Shown piece by piece: positions 48,290 to 57,901 of a stretch of DNA of 64,000 bases. Both the position numbers and the translations under genes were made by a program. The notes beneath the pieces are model-generated. The model had not been told where the DNA came from. It made no database searches and worked only from the letters and a program-made list of their open reading frames with translations. Numbering within the stretch: the stretch's first letter is position 1; each line of letters opens with the position of its first letter. The DNA comes from Candidatus Obscuribacteraceae bacterium (lineage in GTDB: Bacteria > Cyanobacteriota > Vampirovibrionia > Obscuribacterales > Obscuribacteraceae): the NCBI GenBank assembly GCA_044229845.1, contig JBGASG010000002.1, positions 64,001 through 128,000 on the forward strand, in the 5' to 3' direction.

Positions 48290-48892
48290 CTACCTACCGG
48301 CAGTCTTCACGCGTACCAGGCGCGCACTCACAACCCCTTCGCCTTGATCAGCGGCTGATTGTTTGTCGTCCGCGGCAGAACCGGTGTCCGGCTTGCCACT
48401 ATATATGGTGTAGCACACGTCAATGACGGCTGGTCCCCTCGCCGACCAGGTTTTCGGAAGGCGCACGTTCCGCAGCATATTTACGGTCTCTGCCGAAAAC
48501 GCTGGATCAGTGGAGACCGTCTCATCGACTTTTATCGCCGTGATCTGTTTGGTTTTCCTGACAATAGTGAACCTGACTGTAGCAGTGTGTCCCTCGTCCC
48601 CGCCTCCCAGTTTCTTGCCGCCGTGCCGCTGCGCGTACAGTCGATCCATTTGCGCATCGAGCTTGTCAAACAGAGGATCGGCTTGAACGCCGTCCCACCC
48701 CTCTACAACCTCGCCTTCATACATACATCCATGTACCGGGATCGACGGGTAACCAACAGGCGCTTTTGCTTGTCCTCTGCCGACGCCCCAGCGGCGGCCC
48801 AGCCCTGGTTCTGATTCAGGGCAGGCAACATCTGCGCTCGCTGCCGTACTCGCCAATATGTTGATGATGACCGCCAACACCAGATACTTCAC
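48290..48892 (-). CDS. Exported TonB-C-like protein
   Basis: Signal peptide; ATVRFTI...ITAIKV...DPAFSAETVNMLR; paralogue of 48892..49509. Confidence 0.6.
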   Translation of the reverse strand: MKYLVLAVIINILASTAASADVACPESEPGLGRRWGVGRGQAKAPVGYPSIPVHGCMYEGEVVEGWDGVQADPLFDKLDAQMDRLYAQRHGGKKLGGGDEGHTATVRFTIVRKTKQITAIKVDETVSTDPAFSAETVNMLRNVRLPKTWSARGPAVIDVCYTIYSGKPDTGSAADDKQSAADQGEGVVSARLVRVKTAGR

Positions 48893-49509
48893 TACGGGAT
48901 CGCTCCATTGTCGGGTTCCGGATCCATACTGGGATTTGACTCGCCACCAAATATGGTGAGTTCACAGACAACCAGCGTCGGTCCCTTCTGCCAGCCTCTC
49001 GGCAAGCGCACACGTCGCACCATATCTAGTGCCTCAGCCTTGAAGGCAGGATTTTTCGACGAGTCCAGAACGCGGGCCCCCGTAACCCGTCCATCGCGCA
49101 TCAGGTAAAAACCGATCTTAGCCATGGCGCCCTCATCCCTCTGTCCGAGCGTTCTCCCTGGATGGGCTGCGGCATAGAGTTTGTCCAGGCACTGCTCGAA
49201 CTCAGACATCGGCACACGGAACGACATCGGCGAGCTGCACTCGAAATCGTAGCTCCATTGATGGAAGACACCTTCATCCGGTCCAATCATGCCACCACCC
49301 ACATGCGGCAGTGGAACGGTAGATGTTGAAGCAGGTATCGGCATGCCGCCCAGCATCATTCCCGGCTGGGGAAGGAGCACAGCCTTCCGGGGCGCACGGG
49401 CAGCTGGTTTCTTCGCGGGGGCAGCGCCTGCGTCAGCGGTCACAAAAGACAGTACAACCAGCGTCAGCAGCACAAGAGCAAATTGTTCCACTTGAGCCAT
49501 TACGAACAC
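48892..49509 (-). CDS. Exported TonB-C-like protein
   Basis: Signal peptide; IGFYLMRDGRVTGARVLDSSKNPAFKAEALDMVR. Confidence 0.68.
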   Translation of the reverse strand: MFVMAQVEQFALVLLTLVVLSFVTADAGAAPAKKPAARAPRKAVLLPQPGMMLGGMPIPASTSTVPLPHVGGGMIGPDEGVFHQWSYDFECSSPMSFRVPMSEFEQCLDKLYAAAHPGRTLGQRDEGAMAKIGFYLMRDGRVTGARVLDSSKNPAFKAEALDMVRRVRLPRGWQKGPTLVVCELTIFGGESNPSMDPEPDNGAIP

Positions 49510-49519
49510 TCCGCCGCAA

Positions 49520-50185
49520 TTACCGACCAGTCAACACGCGCCCGCTGATATGTCCTCGTTCGTCGGAAACGTCACCGGCAGCGTCGCTTTCTGCCATCGC
49601 GTTGTTGCCGTAAATGTTGTAGTAGCAACGGACCTCAGTTGGTCCATCTTTTGGCAGAGGCGCCATCTTCGGCAACTTACGGACTAGGCTTCTCGCCTTC
49701 TCATTGAGGCGCTGGTCGCCACTGGTGCGACATACGAAAACGTTCTCTATGCCTCCATTTTGCGAATAGGTAAACGCGATTTTGGAAAACCCGATAGTGC
49801 TTCCGAATTTCTTCTCAGACTGACGCCGCATCTTCAATATCTGCTCATCGAGCGCCTGCATATATGGACCGAAATCGAACGCGTCGAGACTGCGTTCTCC
49901 CAGCCTTTGAAAGCAAGATTCGCTTTGTGCTGACTCCCAACCAGCCTCAAATCTGGCTCGCGGAGGCCATTTTCGCAAAAGCGCTTGCCATTGGCTGTCG
50001 TTCAATTCGTCGAGCGTGTCAGCCATAGCTTCACCCTCAACCGGCGTCGCCTGTTGAACTTGAACGACCGCAGGAGGCGTTGGAATCGCGTCATCGGTAG
50101 GCGAGGCGGTGGCGGCTGCGGCGCAGATGCTCAGGAATAATAGGCATGAAATTAGTACTACTAGGAACATGGGAGTTACCTCCAT
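49520..50185 (-). CDS. Exported TonB-C-like protein
   Basis: Signal peptide; DFGPYMQAL...IAFTYSQNGGIENV...TSGDQRLNEKA...MAPLP. Confidence 0.68.
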   Translation of the reverse strand: MEVTPMFLVVLISCLLFLSICAAAATASPTDDAIPTPPAVVQVQQATPVEGEAMADTLDELNDSQWQALLRKWPPRARFEAGWESAQSESCFQRLGERSLDAFDFGPYMQALDEQILKMRRQSEKKFGSTIGFSKIAFTYSQNGGIENVFVCRTSGDQRLNEKARSLVRKLPKMAPLPKDGPTEVRCYYNIYGNNAMAESDAAGDVSDERGHISGRVLTGR

Positions 50186-50236
50186 GCTCCATAAAAACAG
50201 AAACTGAGTTTTTCAAGTAGGTGGAAAACCCTTGAA

Positions 50237-50863
50237 TTATTTGGCGACCGGCTCCTTGATCCACAGCTCATAGCGCGCCTTAACTCCAGCCGGCGGCAGC
50301 GACGGTATCGCCAGAAGCTTGGGGCACGACTTGAACTGCGCCAGGAGAGTCTTTTTGATTGCTTCCGACCGCGCGCTCTCTCGCTGAGCATCCGTCACCC
50401 GAATTGTTGAATCGCCCACACTGGGATTGACGATGCTGCCATCGGGAAGATAGGTGAATGTCACGGTCACCTGGCGCGCGGCGGGCGTGTAGTTATCCAC
50501 CGTGGTGAATGCGGTGCACTTGCCTGCCTGCTCCAACAGTCCAATAGGTTTCCAGGCTTTCGCCCACCTGTCCCGCTCACCAGCGACTTCAGCGTCCGTG
50601 GACAGCTGCACCGCGGGGGACACCAGCGCATTCAATTTTTGAGAAATTTGGGCGGACTCGGAAAGCAGACGGGAGTCGCCGGCTCCATTCCGAAGCTCTG
50701 AAGTGCCGACCTTTTGCTGGGCGTAAAACCTGAAATCGGGTGGACTGGACTGAAGTTTCTTTTCAGCAACTACCGCCTGCGGCCACGCAACCGCTATGCC
50801 GACGCTGAGCAACGCAGCAAAAATTGCCACGACACAGAGATTGAATCGAGTTCCTGACGGCAT
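50237..50863 (-). CDS. Exported protein, divergent TonB-C-like
   Basis: Signal peptide; VTVTFTYLPDGSIVNPSV; starts 9 nt after the atpG stop. Confidence 0.55.
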   Translation of the reverse strand: MPSGTRFNLCVVAIFAALLSVGIAVAWPQAVVAEKKLQSSPPDFRFYAQQKVGTSELRNGAGDSRLLSESAQISQKLNALVSPAVQLSTDAEVAGERDRWAKAWKPIGLLEQAGKCTAFTTVDNYTPAARQVTVTFTYLPDGSIVNPSVGDSTIRVTDAQRESARSEAIKKTLLAQFKSCPKLLAIPSLPPAGVKARYELWIKEPVAK

Positions 50864-50872
50864 CTCGGCGCG

Positions 50873-51763
50873 TTACTTGTTGAGCGCTTCGGCGCCGCCG
50901 ACGACTTCCAGCAGTTCTTGCGTGATGCTGGCTTGACGCGCTTTGTTGTACACGAGCGTCAAAGACTGAATCAGGTCGGCTGCGTTAGTAGATGCGTTGG
51001 ACATGGCGTTCATACGAGCAGCCAGTTCCGAAGCTGATGCATCGAGCAACGATTGATAAATGACGTTCTCGATGTACTTGGGCAGCAATTCGCGTTGCAG
51101 AACTTCTTCGACTGTGGGCTCGAAGATAAGCAGCGGGTCGACATGTGGCGTTTCGTCCTTGGCGGCTTCCGGCAATTGCACGGGAAGATACTGCATGTGG
51201 TTGATCTTCGAACGCAGCATGGAAATGAAGTGCGTGTAGATCAGCTCAACTTGATCCGCTTTGCCTGAGACAAAAACTTCAGACGCGGTTTCAGCGATCA
51301 ACTTGGCTTCACCGACTGTCGGCACGGCAGGCAATTGCGTGAAGTGTTTGTGCTTCTCACCGCCGACATGCTTCAAGAACGCAGCGCCCTTCAAACCGAT
51401 GACGATCCAGGACACTTCTTTGCCTTCTGCTTTCAGAGCACGCATGCGCTCGATAGCGAACCGCAACAGAGTTGTGTTGTAGGAGCCGCACAGACCGCGG
51501 TCGGAAGTGACCACGAGCAAACAGACTCTCTTCACTTCTTTGCGCTGTTCCAGCAGCGGAATCCCAGCCAGGTCGATAGCATCAGTGTCGCGCACCACTT
51601 CGCGCAACATGCGAATGACGCGCTCCGTGAACGGTCGGGCAGCGAGCGTGCGGGCTTGCGCTTTACGCACTTTCGCTGCAGCCACCAGTCGCATGGCGCG
51701 CGTGATTTTTTGCGTGGCTTGAACGCTCTTGATGCGCCGGCGAATTGCCTTCAGGTTGGCCAT
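50873..51763 (-). CDS. atpG: F1 ATP synthase gamma subunit
   Basis: MANLKAIRRRIKSV..TQKIT.AM, TSDRGLCG.YN, YNKARQASITQELLEVVGGA. Confidence 0.97.
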   Translation of the reverse strand: MANLKAIRRRIKSVQATQKITRAMRLVAAAKVRKAQARTLAARPFTERVIRMLREVVRDTDAIDLAGIPLLEQRKEVKRVCLLVVTSDRGLCGSYNTTLLRFAIERMRALKAEGKEVSWIVIGLKGAAFLKHVGGEKHKHFTQLPAVPTVGEAKLIAETASEVFVSGKADQVELIYTHFISMLRSKINHMQYLPVQLPEAAKDETPHVDPLLIFEPTVEEVLQRELLPKYIENVIYQSLLDASASELAARMNAMSNASTNAADLIQSLTLVYNKARQASITQELLEVVGGAEALNK

Positions 51764-51807
51764 CTTATTGTCTGGGCTCCCTTTCCTTTACGTGCGTCCT
51801 TGCCTGA

Positions 51808-53340
51808 TTACTTGCGAACGAAGAAGTTTTGTTTGAACTTGGTGAGTTCATCCTTCATTTCTTTTTCTTGTTCTGCGGTCGGCTTGTCGCCGGCATTCAA
51901 GCGCTCTTCAATGGCCTTGGCGGTGGAGCCGAGGTACTTCTTCCATTCTTCTTTGAAGCGAGCGATGTCTTTGTTGTCGACATCATCCAGCACGCCGCTG
52001 TTGGCAGCGAAGATCAGCGAGACCTGTTGAGCCAGTGTGAGCGGAGCAAACTGCGGTTGTTTCAAGACTTCCATCAGCTTTTGACCGCGGCGAATCTGGT
52101 CTTGCGTGGCTTTGTCCAGGTCGGATGCGAATTGGGCGAATGCTTCCAGTTCACGGAACTGAGCCAGGTCGAGACGCAACTTACCAGCCACCGATTTCAT
52201 GGCTTTCGATTGAGCGTTACCGCCTACGCGGCTGACCGATATACCAGCGTTAATAGCCGGGCGGATGCCGGCGTAGAACAAGTCGGTTTCCAGGAAGATT
52301 TGACCATCGGTGATTGAAATCACGTTGGTCGGAATGTATGCCGATACGTCACCGGCCTGGGTTTCGATAATCGGAAGAGCGGTCAGCGAGCCGGCGCCCA
52401 GTTTATCGGACAACTTGGAGGCGCGCTCCAGAAGGCGGCTGTGCAGGTAGAACACATCGCCGGGATACGCTTCGCGGCCTGGCGGACGGCGCAGGAGAAG
52501 CGACATGGCGCGGTAGGCCTGGGCGTGCTTGGAAAGGTCATCGTACACGTTGAGGGCAGCTTTACCCTGGTGCATGAAGTATTCGCCGATGGCAGCGCCG
52601 GAGTACGGAGCCAAGAATTGCACCGCGGGCGGAGACGTCGCCGGAGCGTTGACGATAATCGAATATTCCATGGCGCCGTTTTCTTCCAGGATCTTTTGAA
52701 TCTGGGCGACGTTGGATTCTTTTTGTCCGATGGCGACGTAGATGCAAATCGGGGTGTTCGGTTGCGTCTTCTGGTTGATGATGCAGTCGATAGCGACCGC
52801 AGTCTTGCCGGTTTGACGGTCGCCGATGATCAACTCGCGCTGTCCGCGACCGATCGGGGTCATGGCGTCGATAGCAGTGAGACCGGTCATCAGGGGCTCG
52901 TGCACTGATTTACGAGCGATGATGCCAGGGGCTTTCTTTTCAATCGGTACATATTCCATTTCGGCGATCGGCAGCGGTCCTTTGCCGTCAATCGGCTGAC
53001 CGAGCGGGTTGATCACGCGACCGAGCAGTTGAGGTCCGACTGGAATCGAGGCGATACGACCGGTGGTCTTGCAGGTGGTGCCTTCTTGAATGTCGCGGCC
53101 TTCGCCCATGAGCACGATACCGACGTTGTCTTCTTCCAGGTTGAGCACCATGCCCATCGTGTGTTCCGGATCGTCAAACTCGACGAGTTCGCCGGCCATC
53201 GCTTTTTCCATACCGTAGATACGGGCGATACCATCACCGACTTGCAGCACGCTGCCGACATTAGCAACGTTCAGCGAAGCGCGGTACTTCTCAAGTTGCG
53301 ACTTGAGAATCGAGGTGATTTCGTCAGGTCTGATTGCCAT
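51808..53340 (-). CDS. atpA: F1 ATP synthase alpha subunit
   Basis: [31 protein letters not shown]. Confidence 0.98.
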   Translation of the reverse strand: MAIRPDEITSILKSQLEKYRASLNVANVGSVLQVGDGIARIYGMEKAMAGELVEFDDPEHTMGMVLNLEEDNVGIVLMGEGRDIQEGTTCKTTGRIASIPVGPQLLGRVINPLGQPIDGKGPLPIAEMEYVPIEKKAPGIIARKSVHEPLMTGLTAIDAMTPIGRGQRELIIGDRQTGKTAVAIDCIINQKTQPNTPICIYVAIGQKESNVAQIQKILEENGAMEYSIIVNAPATSPPAVQFLAPYSGAAIGEYFMHQGKAALNVYDDLSKHAQAYRAMSLLLRRPPGREAYPGDVFYLHSRLLERASKLSDKLGAGSLTALPIIETQAGDVSAYIPTNVISITDGQIFLETDLFYAGIRPAINAGISVSRVGGNAQSKAMKSVAGKLRLDLAQFRELEAFAQFASDLDKATQDQIRRGQKLMEVLKQPQFAPLTLAQQVSLIFAANSGVLDDVDNKDIARFKEEWKKYLGSTAKAIEERLNAGDKPTAEQEKEMKDELTKFKQNFFVRK

Positions 53341-53383
53341 TTTTTTGGACCTCTATTGTTCGTAATTCCGAGAAGTGTGAGTA

Positions 53384-53929
53384 CTAGACCGAAAGCAAGC
53401 TGCGTTCGATGGCTTGCAGTCTGCCTTTCAGACTGCCGTCGATCACTTGATCGCCGATGCGCAGAACGTAGCCGCCGATGAGCGAGCTGTCGACCTGCAA
53501 ATTGAGTTCCAGTTGTTTGCCGAGTTTCTGACGCAGTTCGCTCTCGAGATGAGCGCGCTGCTTGTCGTCGAGCGGTTCCGCTGAGACCAGCGTGCCGACA
53601 ACGATGCCTTTCTTATCGCGGAGCAGTTGATGATAAGAGGTCTCCAGCGCCGGCAAAATCTCCAGGCGCCGGCGATCGGCCAGCATTTCCACCAACCGCA
53701 TGGTCAGGTCGTCGCTCTTGTCCTTGAAAAGATCGACGATGATCTTCTTCTTTTCGCTGGCGGGAATGCTCGGGTGACCAAGCATTTTGCCGAAATCTGG
53801 AGTCGATTGCAGTGCCAGGTTGATGGTCTGCAAATCGCCCAGCACTCGGTCGATCTTGCCGTCTTTCTCAGCCAGATCGAAGATTGCTTGTGCGTATTGG
53901 GTGGCGACGCCGCTCAAATCGGACTTCAT
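53384..53929 (-). CDS. atpH: F1 ATP synthase delta subunit
   Basis: VATQYAQAIF, VDSSLIGG..LRIGDQVIDGS; operon position. Confidence 0.95.
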   Translation of the reverse strand: MKSDLSGVATQYAQAIFDLAEKDGKIDRVLGDLQTINLALQSTPDFGKMLGHPSIPASEKKKIIVDLFKDKSDDLTMRLVEMLADRRRLEILPALETSYHQLLRDKKGIVVGTLVSAEPLDDKQRAHLESELRQKLGKQLELNLQVDSSLIGGYVLRIGDQVIDGSLKGRLQAIERSLLSV

Positions 53930-53936
53930 TATCTAA

Positions 53937-54464
53937 TCAATTCCTGCCGTTGGTGCCTGTTTTTACTGTGTCGAGCTGTTCGACGAATTGCGTCAGCAAG
54001 CGTTTCTTGGCACTATCTGTGATGGCGCCGGGAAGCGATGCCTCAGCCAGCCGTACGGCTGCTGTCGCTGCTTGCGAGCGCAACTGGGTGATTGCCATGT
54101 TGCGCTGCGCATCGACCGATTGTTCGATCTTGCGCGCGATTTCCGCAGTTTCTTTCTTGGTCTGCTCGCGAATGTCAGCCTGCATGGTAGAGGCTATTTT
54201 TCTGGCTTCTTCCAGAATCTGCTCCGCTTCCTTTTCGGCGTTTGCGATGCGTGCCGATTGTTCTTGAAGAAACTTCTGCCCTTCTTCTCTGGCTTTGTTT
54301 GCTTCTTCGATGGCGCGGTTAACGCTGTCTTCGCGGGTTTTGAACATCGGCGGCGCCATCTTCATCCAGAGGATGACGAGCAGAATGACCAGCAAAATCC
54401 AGTTGGCGACGTTGGTTGTAAACGCCTCCACCAGCGGATTTGCTTCGGCGAACAAGAAATACAT
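53937..54464 (-). CDS. atpF: F0 subunit b
   Basis: N-terminal TM (NVANWILLVILL) plus coiled coil; operon position. Confidence 0.9.
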   Translation of the reverse strand: MYFLFAEANPLVEAFTTNVANWILLVILLVILWMKMAPPMFKTREDSVNRAIEEANKAREEGQKFLQEQSARIANAEKEAEQILEEARKIASTMQADIREQTKKETAEIARKIEQSVDAQRNMAITQLRSQAATAAVRLAEASLPGAITDSAKKRLLTQFVEQLDTVKTGTNGRN

Positions 54465-54940
54465 TATTGGGGTCCCTCAAGCGACTTGCGAACCTGGCTG
54501 GCATCCAGAGAAACGGCGACCGGCTCACCGAGCACTTTCTGTGTGATTACTTCCACCAGTTCTTTTTCTTGTGCCACCAGGGCATCAATCAAACTGGCGC
54601 GCTCGGATTCGATCGCCGCTTTGGCGTCGTTCAGCTGCTGCTGACCCTGTTTGTGCAAGCGGGAGATTTCCGCGTGCCGCTCCTTGTTGGCTTGTTCAGA
54701 CGCGTCGGCGATATGCTTCTGCGCCTTTTCGCGAATTTCGCGCAAGTCTTGCTCGTACTTCTCGAGCAGCTTTTGCGCTTCTTCACGGGAGGATTTGCCT
54801 GCTTCGATCGCTGCTTTGATCTTTTCATCGCGCAGCTCGATGGTTTTTGCCACCGGCTTCAGGAGAATCGCATCGAGCAGATACATGAACAGCAGGAAGC
54901 TGATAACAAAGATTGCCAGGGTGCCATTGATGTCAAACAT
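54464..54940 (-). CDS. atpF2: F0 subunit b'
   Basis: MFDINGTL...ILLKPV...R; second b-type subunit as in cyanobacteria. Confidence 0.9.
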   Translation of the reverse strand: MFDINGTLAIFVISFLLFMYLLDAILLKPVAKTIELRDEKIKAAIEAGKSSREEAQKLLEKYEQDLREIREKAQKHIADASEQANKERHAEISRLHKQGQQQLNDAKAAIESERASLIDALVAQEKELVEVITQKVLGEPVAVSLDASQVRKSLEGPQ

Positions 54941-54965
54941 GTTGATCCTGCGAAGTTGCTTACGC

Positions 54966-55319
54966 TTATGAAATTGACTGATTCACGAACTCGACTTGAG
55001 AAGGCACGTTCATGTAGGTGGTGGATGCATGCTCGGCAGCCTTGGAGCCGAAGGTGTAGAGCTGAATGGCGATAACGAATGCCAACAGTCCAAGCGCTTC
55101 CATGAGGGCGGCGATAATAATCGCGTTGACCAGCAATTTACCGGTCATTTCCGGCTGACGAGCCATGCCTTCCAGGGCGCGCGATCCGGCGACACCAATG
55201 CCGATACCAGGGCCGATAACGCCGACTGCTGCGATGCCAGAGCCGATCAGCGAAGCGGCTTTGATAATCGTTTGGCTGTCGATAGCGCCAGCACTTTGCG
55301 CGATGAGTGTGTGGTCCAC
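54966..55319 (-). CDS. atpE: F0 subunit c with C-terminal extension
   Basis: GPGIGIG, ARQPE loop, MEALG ion-binding Glu; GGGAG before the GTG start. Confidence 0.94.
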   Translation of the reverse strand: MDHTLIAQSAGAIDSQTIIKAASLIGSGIAAVGVIGPGIGIGVAGSRALEGMARQPEMTGKLLVNAIIIAALMEALGLLAFVIAIQLYTFGSKAAEHASTTYMNVPSQVEFVNQSIS

Positions 55320-55619
55320 TGTAGTTCTCCCTTTGAATTCGATAAGTTGGGCAAAAGCGGCTGGGCTATTGACTTCCCGGCCTGGTGCGCGTCGGACACG
55401 GTCTTGTCAGCTCGTCTGAACGCGCAATTTAGAAAACAGACAGCTGAAATTATATCAAGCGCGATCTGCGCTTTTTGGCGTAAAACGGGCGTTGTAACGC
55501 CACTTTGGAATTGCTGAGCGACATTTAAAAACGCCGCGAGCAGCGCAAATCAAGAGCGCACCGTATGACAGCGGTCATCGCAGGGGAAGCGCTTCTCCGG
55601 CGGCTGTGCGCCACGCAGC

Positions 55620-56354
55620 TTAGTGGTGCTGAACAGTCAGACCGATGTAGATCGAGGTGAGCAGCGCGAATACGAAAGCTTGAATGACGCCGATAAACAT
55701 CTCGAAGCCCATGACGAACGTGGGCAAGATGAAGGGAACCATCATCAATGCGGCGGCACGCATCAATTCGTCGGCGGTGATCACCATCATCAGGCGCAAA
55801 GCCAGTGTGGCTGGGCGAATAATCAGGTCAAGCCATTCGATCGGGTTGAGGTAGAGCTTCAAGTAGCCGGCGCCGTGCGCCCAGAAACCAGCCCCCAGGT
55901 AGGTGAGAAGTGCTATGCAAGCCAATCCGAACGTGACGTTGAAATCAGTTGTCGGTGAGCAGAGTTCAAGCGGTTCGCCGTGAATATGCGGCCAACCGGC
56001 TTGTCCTTCGAAGACTTTCCAGGGACCGATGCCGATGAAGTTGGCTATTAATACAAAGATAAAGATTGCTGCAATCAGTTTTACGAACGGCTTGTACTCA
56101 TGCCCCATGTTTCCCTTGCACAAGCCTTCGATGGATTTGTAGAAACCCTCAGCCATTGCCTGCAGTGGGTTGCCCGGTCCATCCGCTGTGAGCGAGGAGC
56201 GAGCAGCGACTGCCCAGACCAGGATGATCACCATGCAAGCCCAGGAAAGACCGATGGTATCTGCGTGTACTTCGCCGAGGCTGCCGAGCGGTCCGAGCGA
56301 AACGTTCGCCGTGTCCGGAAGCAGCGTTTTCAAGGGTAGGTTATGACCGAGCAT
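55620..56354 (-). CDS. atpB: F0 subunit a
   Basis: SPTTDFNVT, RPATLALRL (conserved Arg), IQAFVFALLTSIYI. Confidence 0.95.
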   Translation of the reverse strand: MLGHNLPLKTLLPDTANVSLGPLGSLGEVHADTIGLSWACMVIILVWAVAARSSLTADGPGNPLQAMAEGFYKSIEGLCKGNMGHEYKPFVKLIAAIFIFVLIANFIGIGPWKVFEGQAGWPHIHGEPLELCSPTTDFNVTFGLACIALLTYLGAGFWAHGAGYLKLYLNPIEWLDLIIRPATLALRLMMVITADELMRAAALMMVPFILPTFVMGFEMFIGVIQAFVFALLTSIYIGLTVQHH

Positions 56355-56429
56355 CTATAAGAATCCGTCGTGTACGTCGTTGCCATGCGGCGCGAGAGAG
56401 GCGCCAGCAACGGATGATAACAGATGCCT

Positions 56430-56885
56430 TTAATCGGAATTGTCTTCCGTGAAGTGTTCGTAAGCGGCTCTCGGTGCGCTCGTGCCGCCGTCCTGCACAG
56501 CTTGTCCGTAGGCGCCCCGGTCTGTGCCCTGCTTGCCGGGCGTGGTGCCGGTTTCTGCCTCTTCGCCGGACGGCGTAGCCGTTTCTTCACCGGACAGGCT
56601 CAAGTGCGCCCCCCGTTTTCTCACGCCAGTGAGCTTTTTGCCGCTCCCGCCCGTGTCCAGAGCCATAGCTTTGACGCAAAGCCGCCAGAGTCCCAGCCCA
56701 CCACCCAGCATCGACAGCCCAAGTGACCACCAGGGCGCCGTGTGCAGCTTTTCGTCCAGCCAGTTGCCGGCAAAAACCCCGACCAGAACCAGCGCCGCGG
56801 CGCCCAGAACGCCGTCCATGACGAACATCATCGCCTTCTTGGAATTGTCGGATTTATCGGATGCTCCGGGCTCATTTGGTGTCAA
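56430..56885 (-). CDS. atpI: ATP synthase accessory protein (AtpI/AtpZ gene-1 type)
   Basis: GVFAGNWLDEKLHTAPWW..G...G..G motif; TTG 56885 with GAGGGGAG upstream; first gene of the operon. Confidence 0.8.
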   Translation of the reverse strand: MTPNEPGASDKSDNSKKAMMFVMDGVLGAAALVLVGVFAGNWLDEKLHTAPWWSLGLSMLGGGLGLWRLCVKAMALDTGGSGKKLTGVRKRGAHLSLSGEETATPSGEEAETGTTPGKQGTDRGAYGQAVQDGGTSAPRAAYEHFTEDNSD

Positions 56886-57083
56886 GTGCGGCTCCCCTCG
56901 CTTAATCTTTGTTTGATGATTGGGGTGAATATAGGGCGTAGTCAGGCGATCCAAACTGGGAATAACCTTAAAGGTATCTCTGTTAGACTGAAATATTGGC
57001 GGGGAATGCCTCTTTTCAGGAATACCTCTGGTCAAGAATATGCCCACCCGGGCGCCCGTTAAGGAAGGGAAGGAGTTCACAGG

Positions 57084-57842
57084 ATGTTTTCGCGCTTCAT
57101 GTCGCTCGTCCGCGCAATGTTCGGTCGTGTCATGGGTCAACTCGAAGACCCGGAAATGATGCTCGAACAGAAGTATCAAGAACTCCAATCCAACCTGATT
57201 CAAGTCCGCCAGGCTGTTGCTCAAGCCATCGCCACCGAAAAGCAACTCGAGCAGTCGTTGCAGAAGAACCGGGATCAAGCAGCCACCTGGGAAAATCGCG
57301 CCCGCATGGCGGTGCAGCAAAACAACGACGATCTGGCACGCCAGGCATTGCAACGCAAGACTCAATACTCTCAAGCCGCAGCCGATCTGGAAGCTCAACT
57401 CAATCAGCAACGCGAGCACACAGCCCAATTGCGTGAGCGCCTGACGTCGCTGGAAGGCGAAGTGCAGAAGGCTTACACAAAGAAACAAGTGCTGATCGCT
57501 CGCGACAAGGCTGCGCAGGCGACCACACGTGCCAACGAGATCATGGCAAAGACAACGTCTTCCGGCGCTATGTCGGTCATCGAACGCATGGAACAGAAAG
57601 TCGTCGAGCGCGAAGCGAAAGCCGCTGCCCTGGCTGAACTGGGCAGTGACACGCTGGACAAGAAATTCAAAGATTTCGAAGGTCAAGTCGACATCGAAGC
57701 CGAACTCATGGCCCTCAAAGGGACCATGGGCGGTCCGAAACTGATCGTGGACAACAAAGTCAAAGAACCGGTTTCGGCGCAAAAAGATGAATCGTTGTCG
57801 GTGGAAGCCGAAGACGTCACCGAGCTGGACGAGTCTAAGTAA
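57084..57842 (+). CDS. pspA: PspA/IM30 (Vipp1-like) membrane-stress protein
   Basis: MFSR...LEDPE.MLEQ, DDLARQALQRK, ERMEQKV, IEAELMALK; GGAG RBS. Confidence 0.92.
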   Translation: MFSRFMSLVRAMFGRVMGQLEDPEMMLEQKYQELQSNLIQVRQAVAQAIATEKQLEQSLQKNRDQAATWENRARMAVQQNNDDLARQALQRKTQYSQAAADLEAQLNQQREHTAQLRERLTSLEGEVQKAYTKKQVLIARDKAAQATTRANEIMAKTTSSGAMSVIERMEQKVVEREAKAAALAELGSDTLDKKFKDFEGQVDIEAELMALKGTMGGPKLIVDNKVKEPVSAQKDESLSVEAEDVTELDESK

Positions 57843-57901
57843 CGACGCGCGTTTTGCACACCACATCTGGTGATCGCCCGTACCGGAGGTTTGCAGACTA
57901 A

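Noticed and set aside
56886..57866. 5' part of the 478-aa minus-strand ORF
   Set aside because: Antisense shadow of pspA; only the last ~151 aa (atpI-like) has recognisable motifs and its own RBS.
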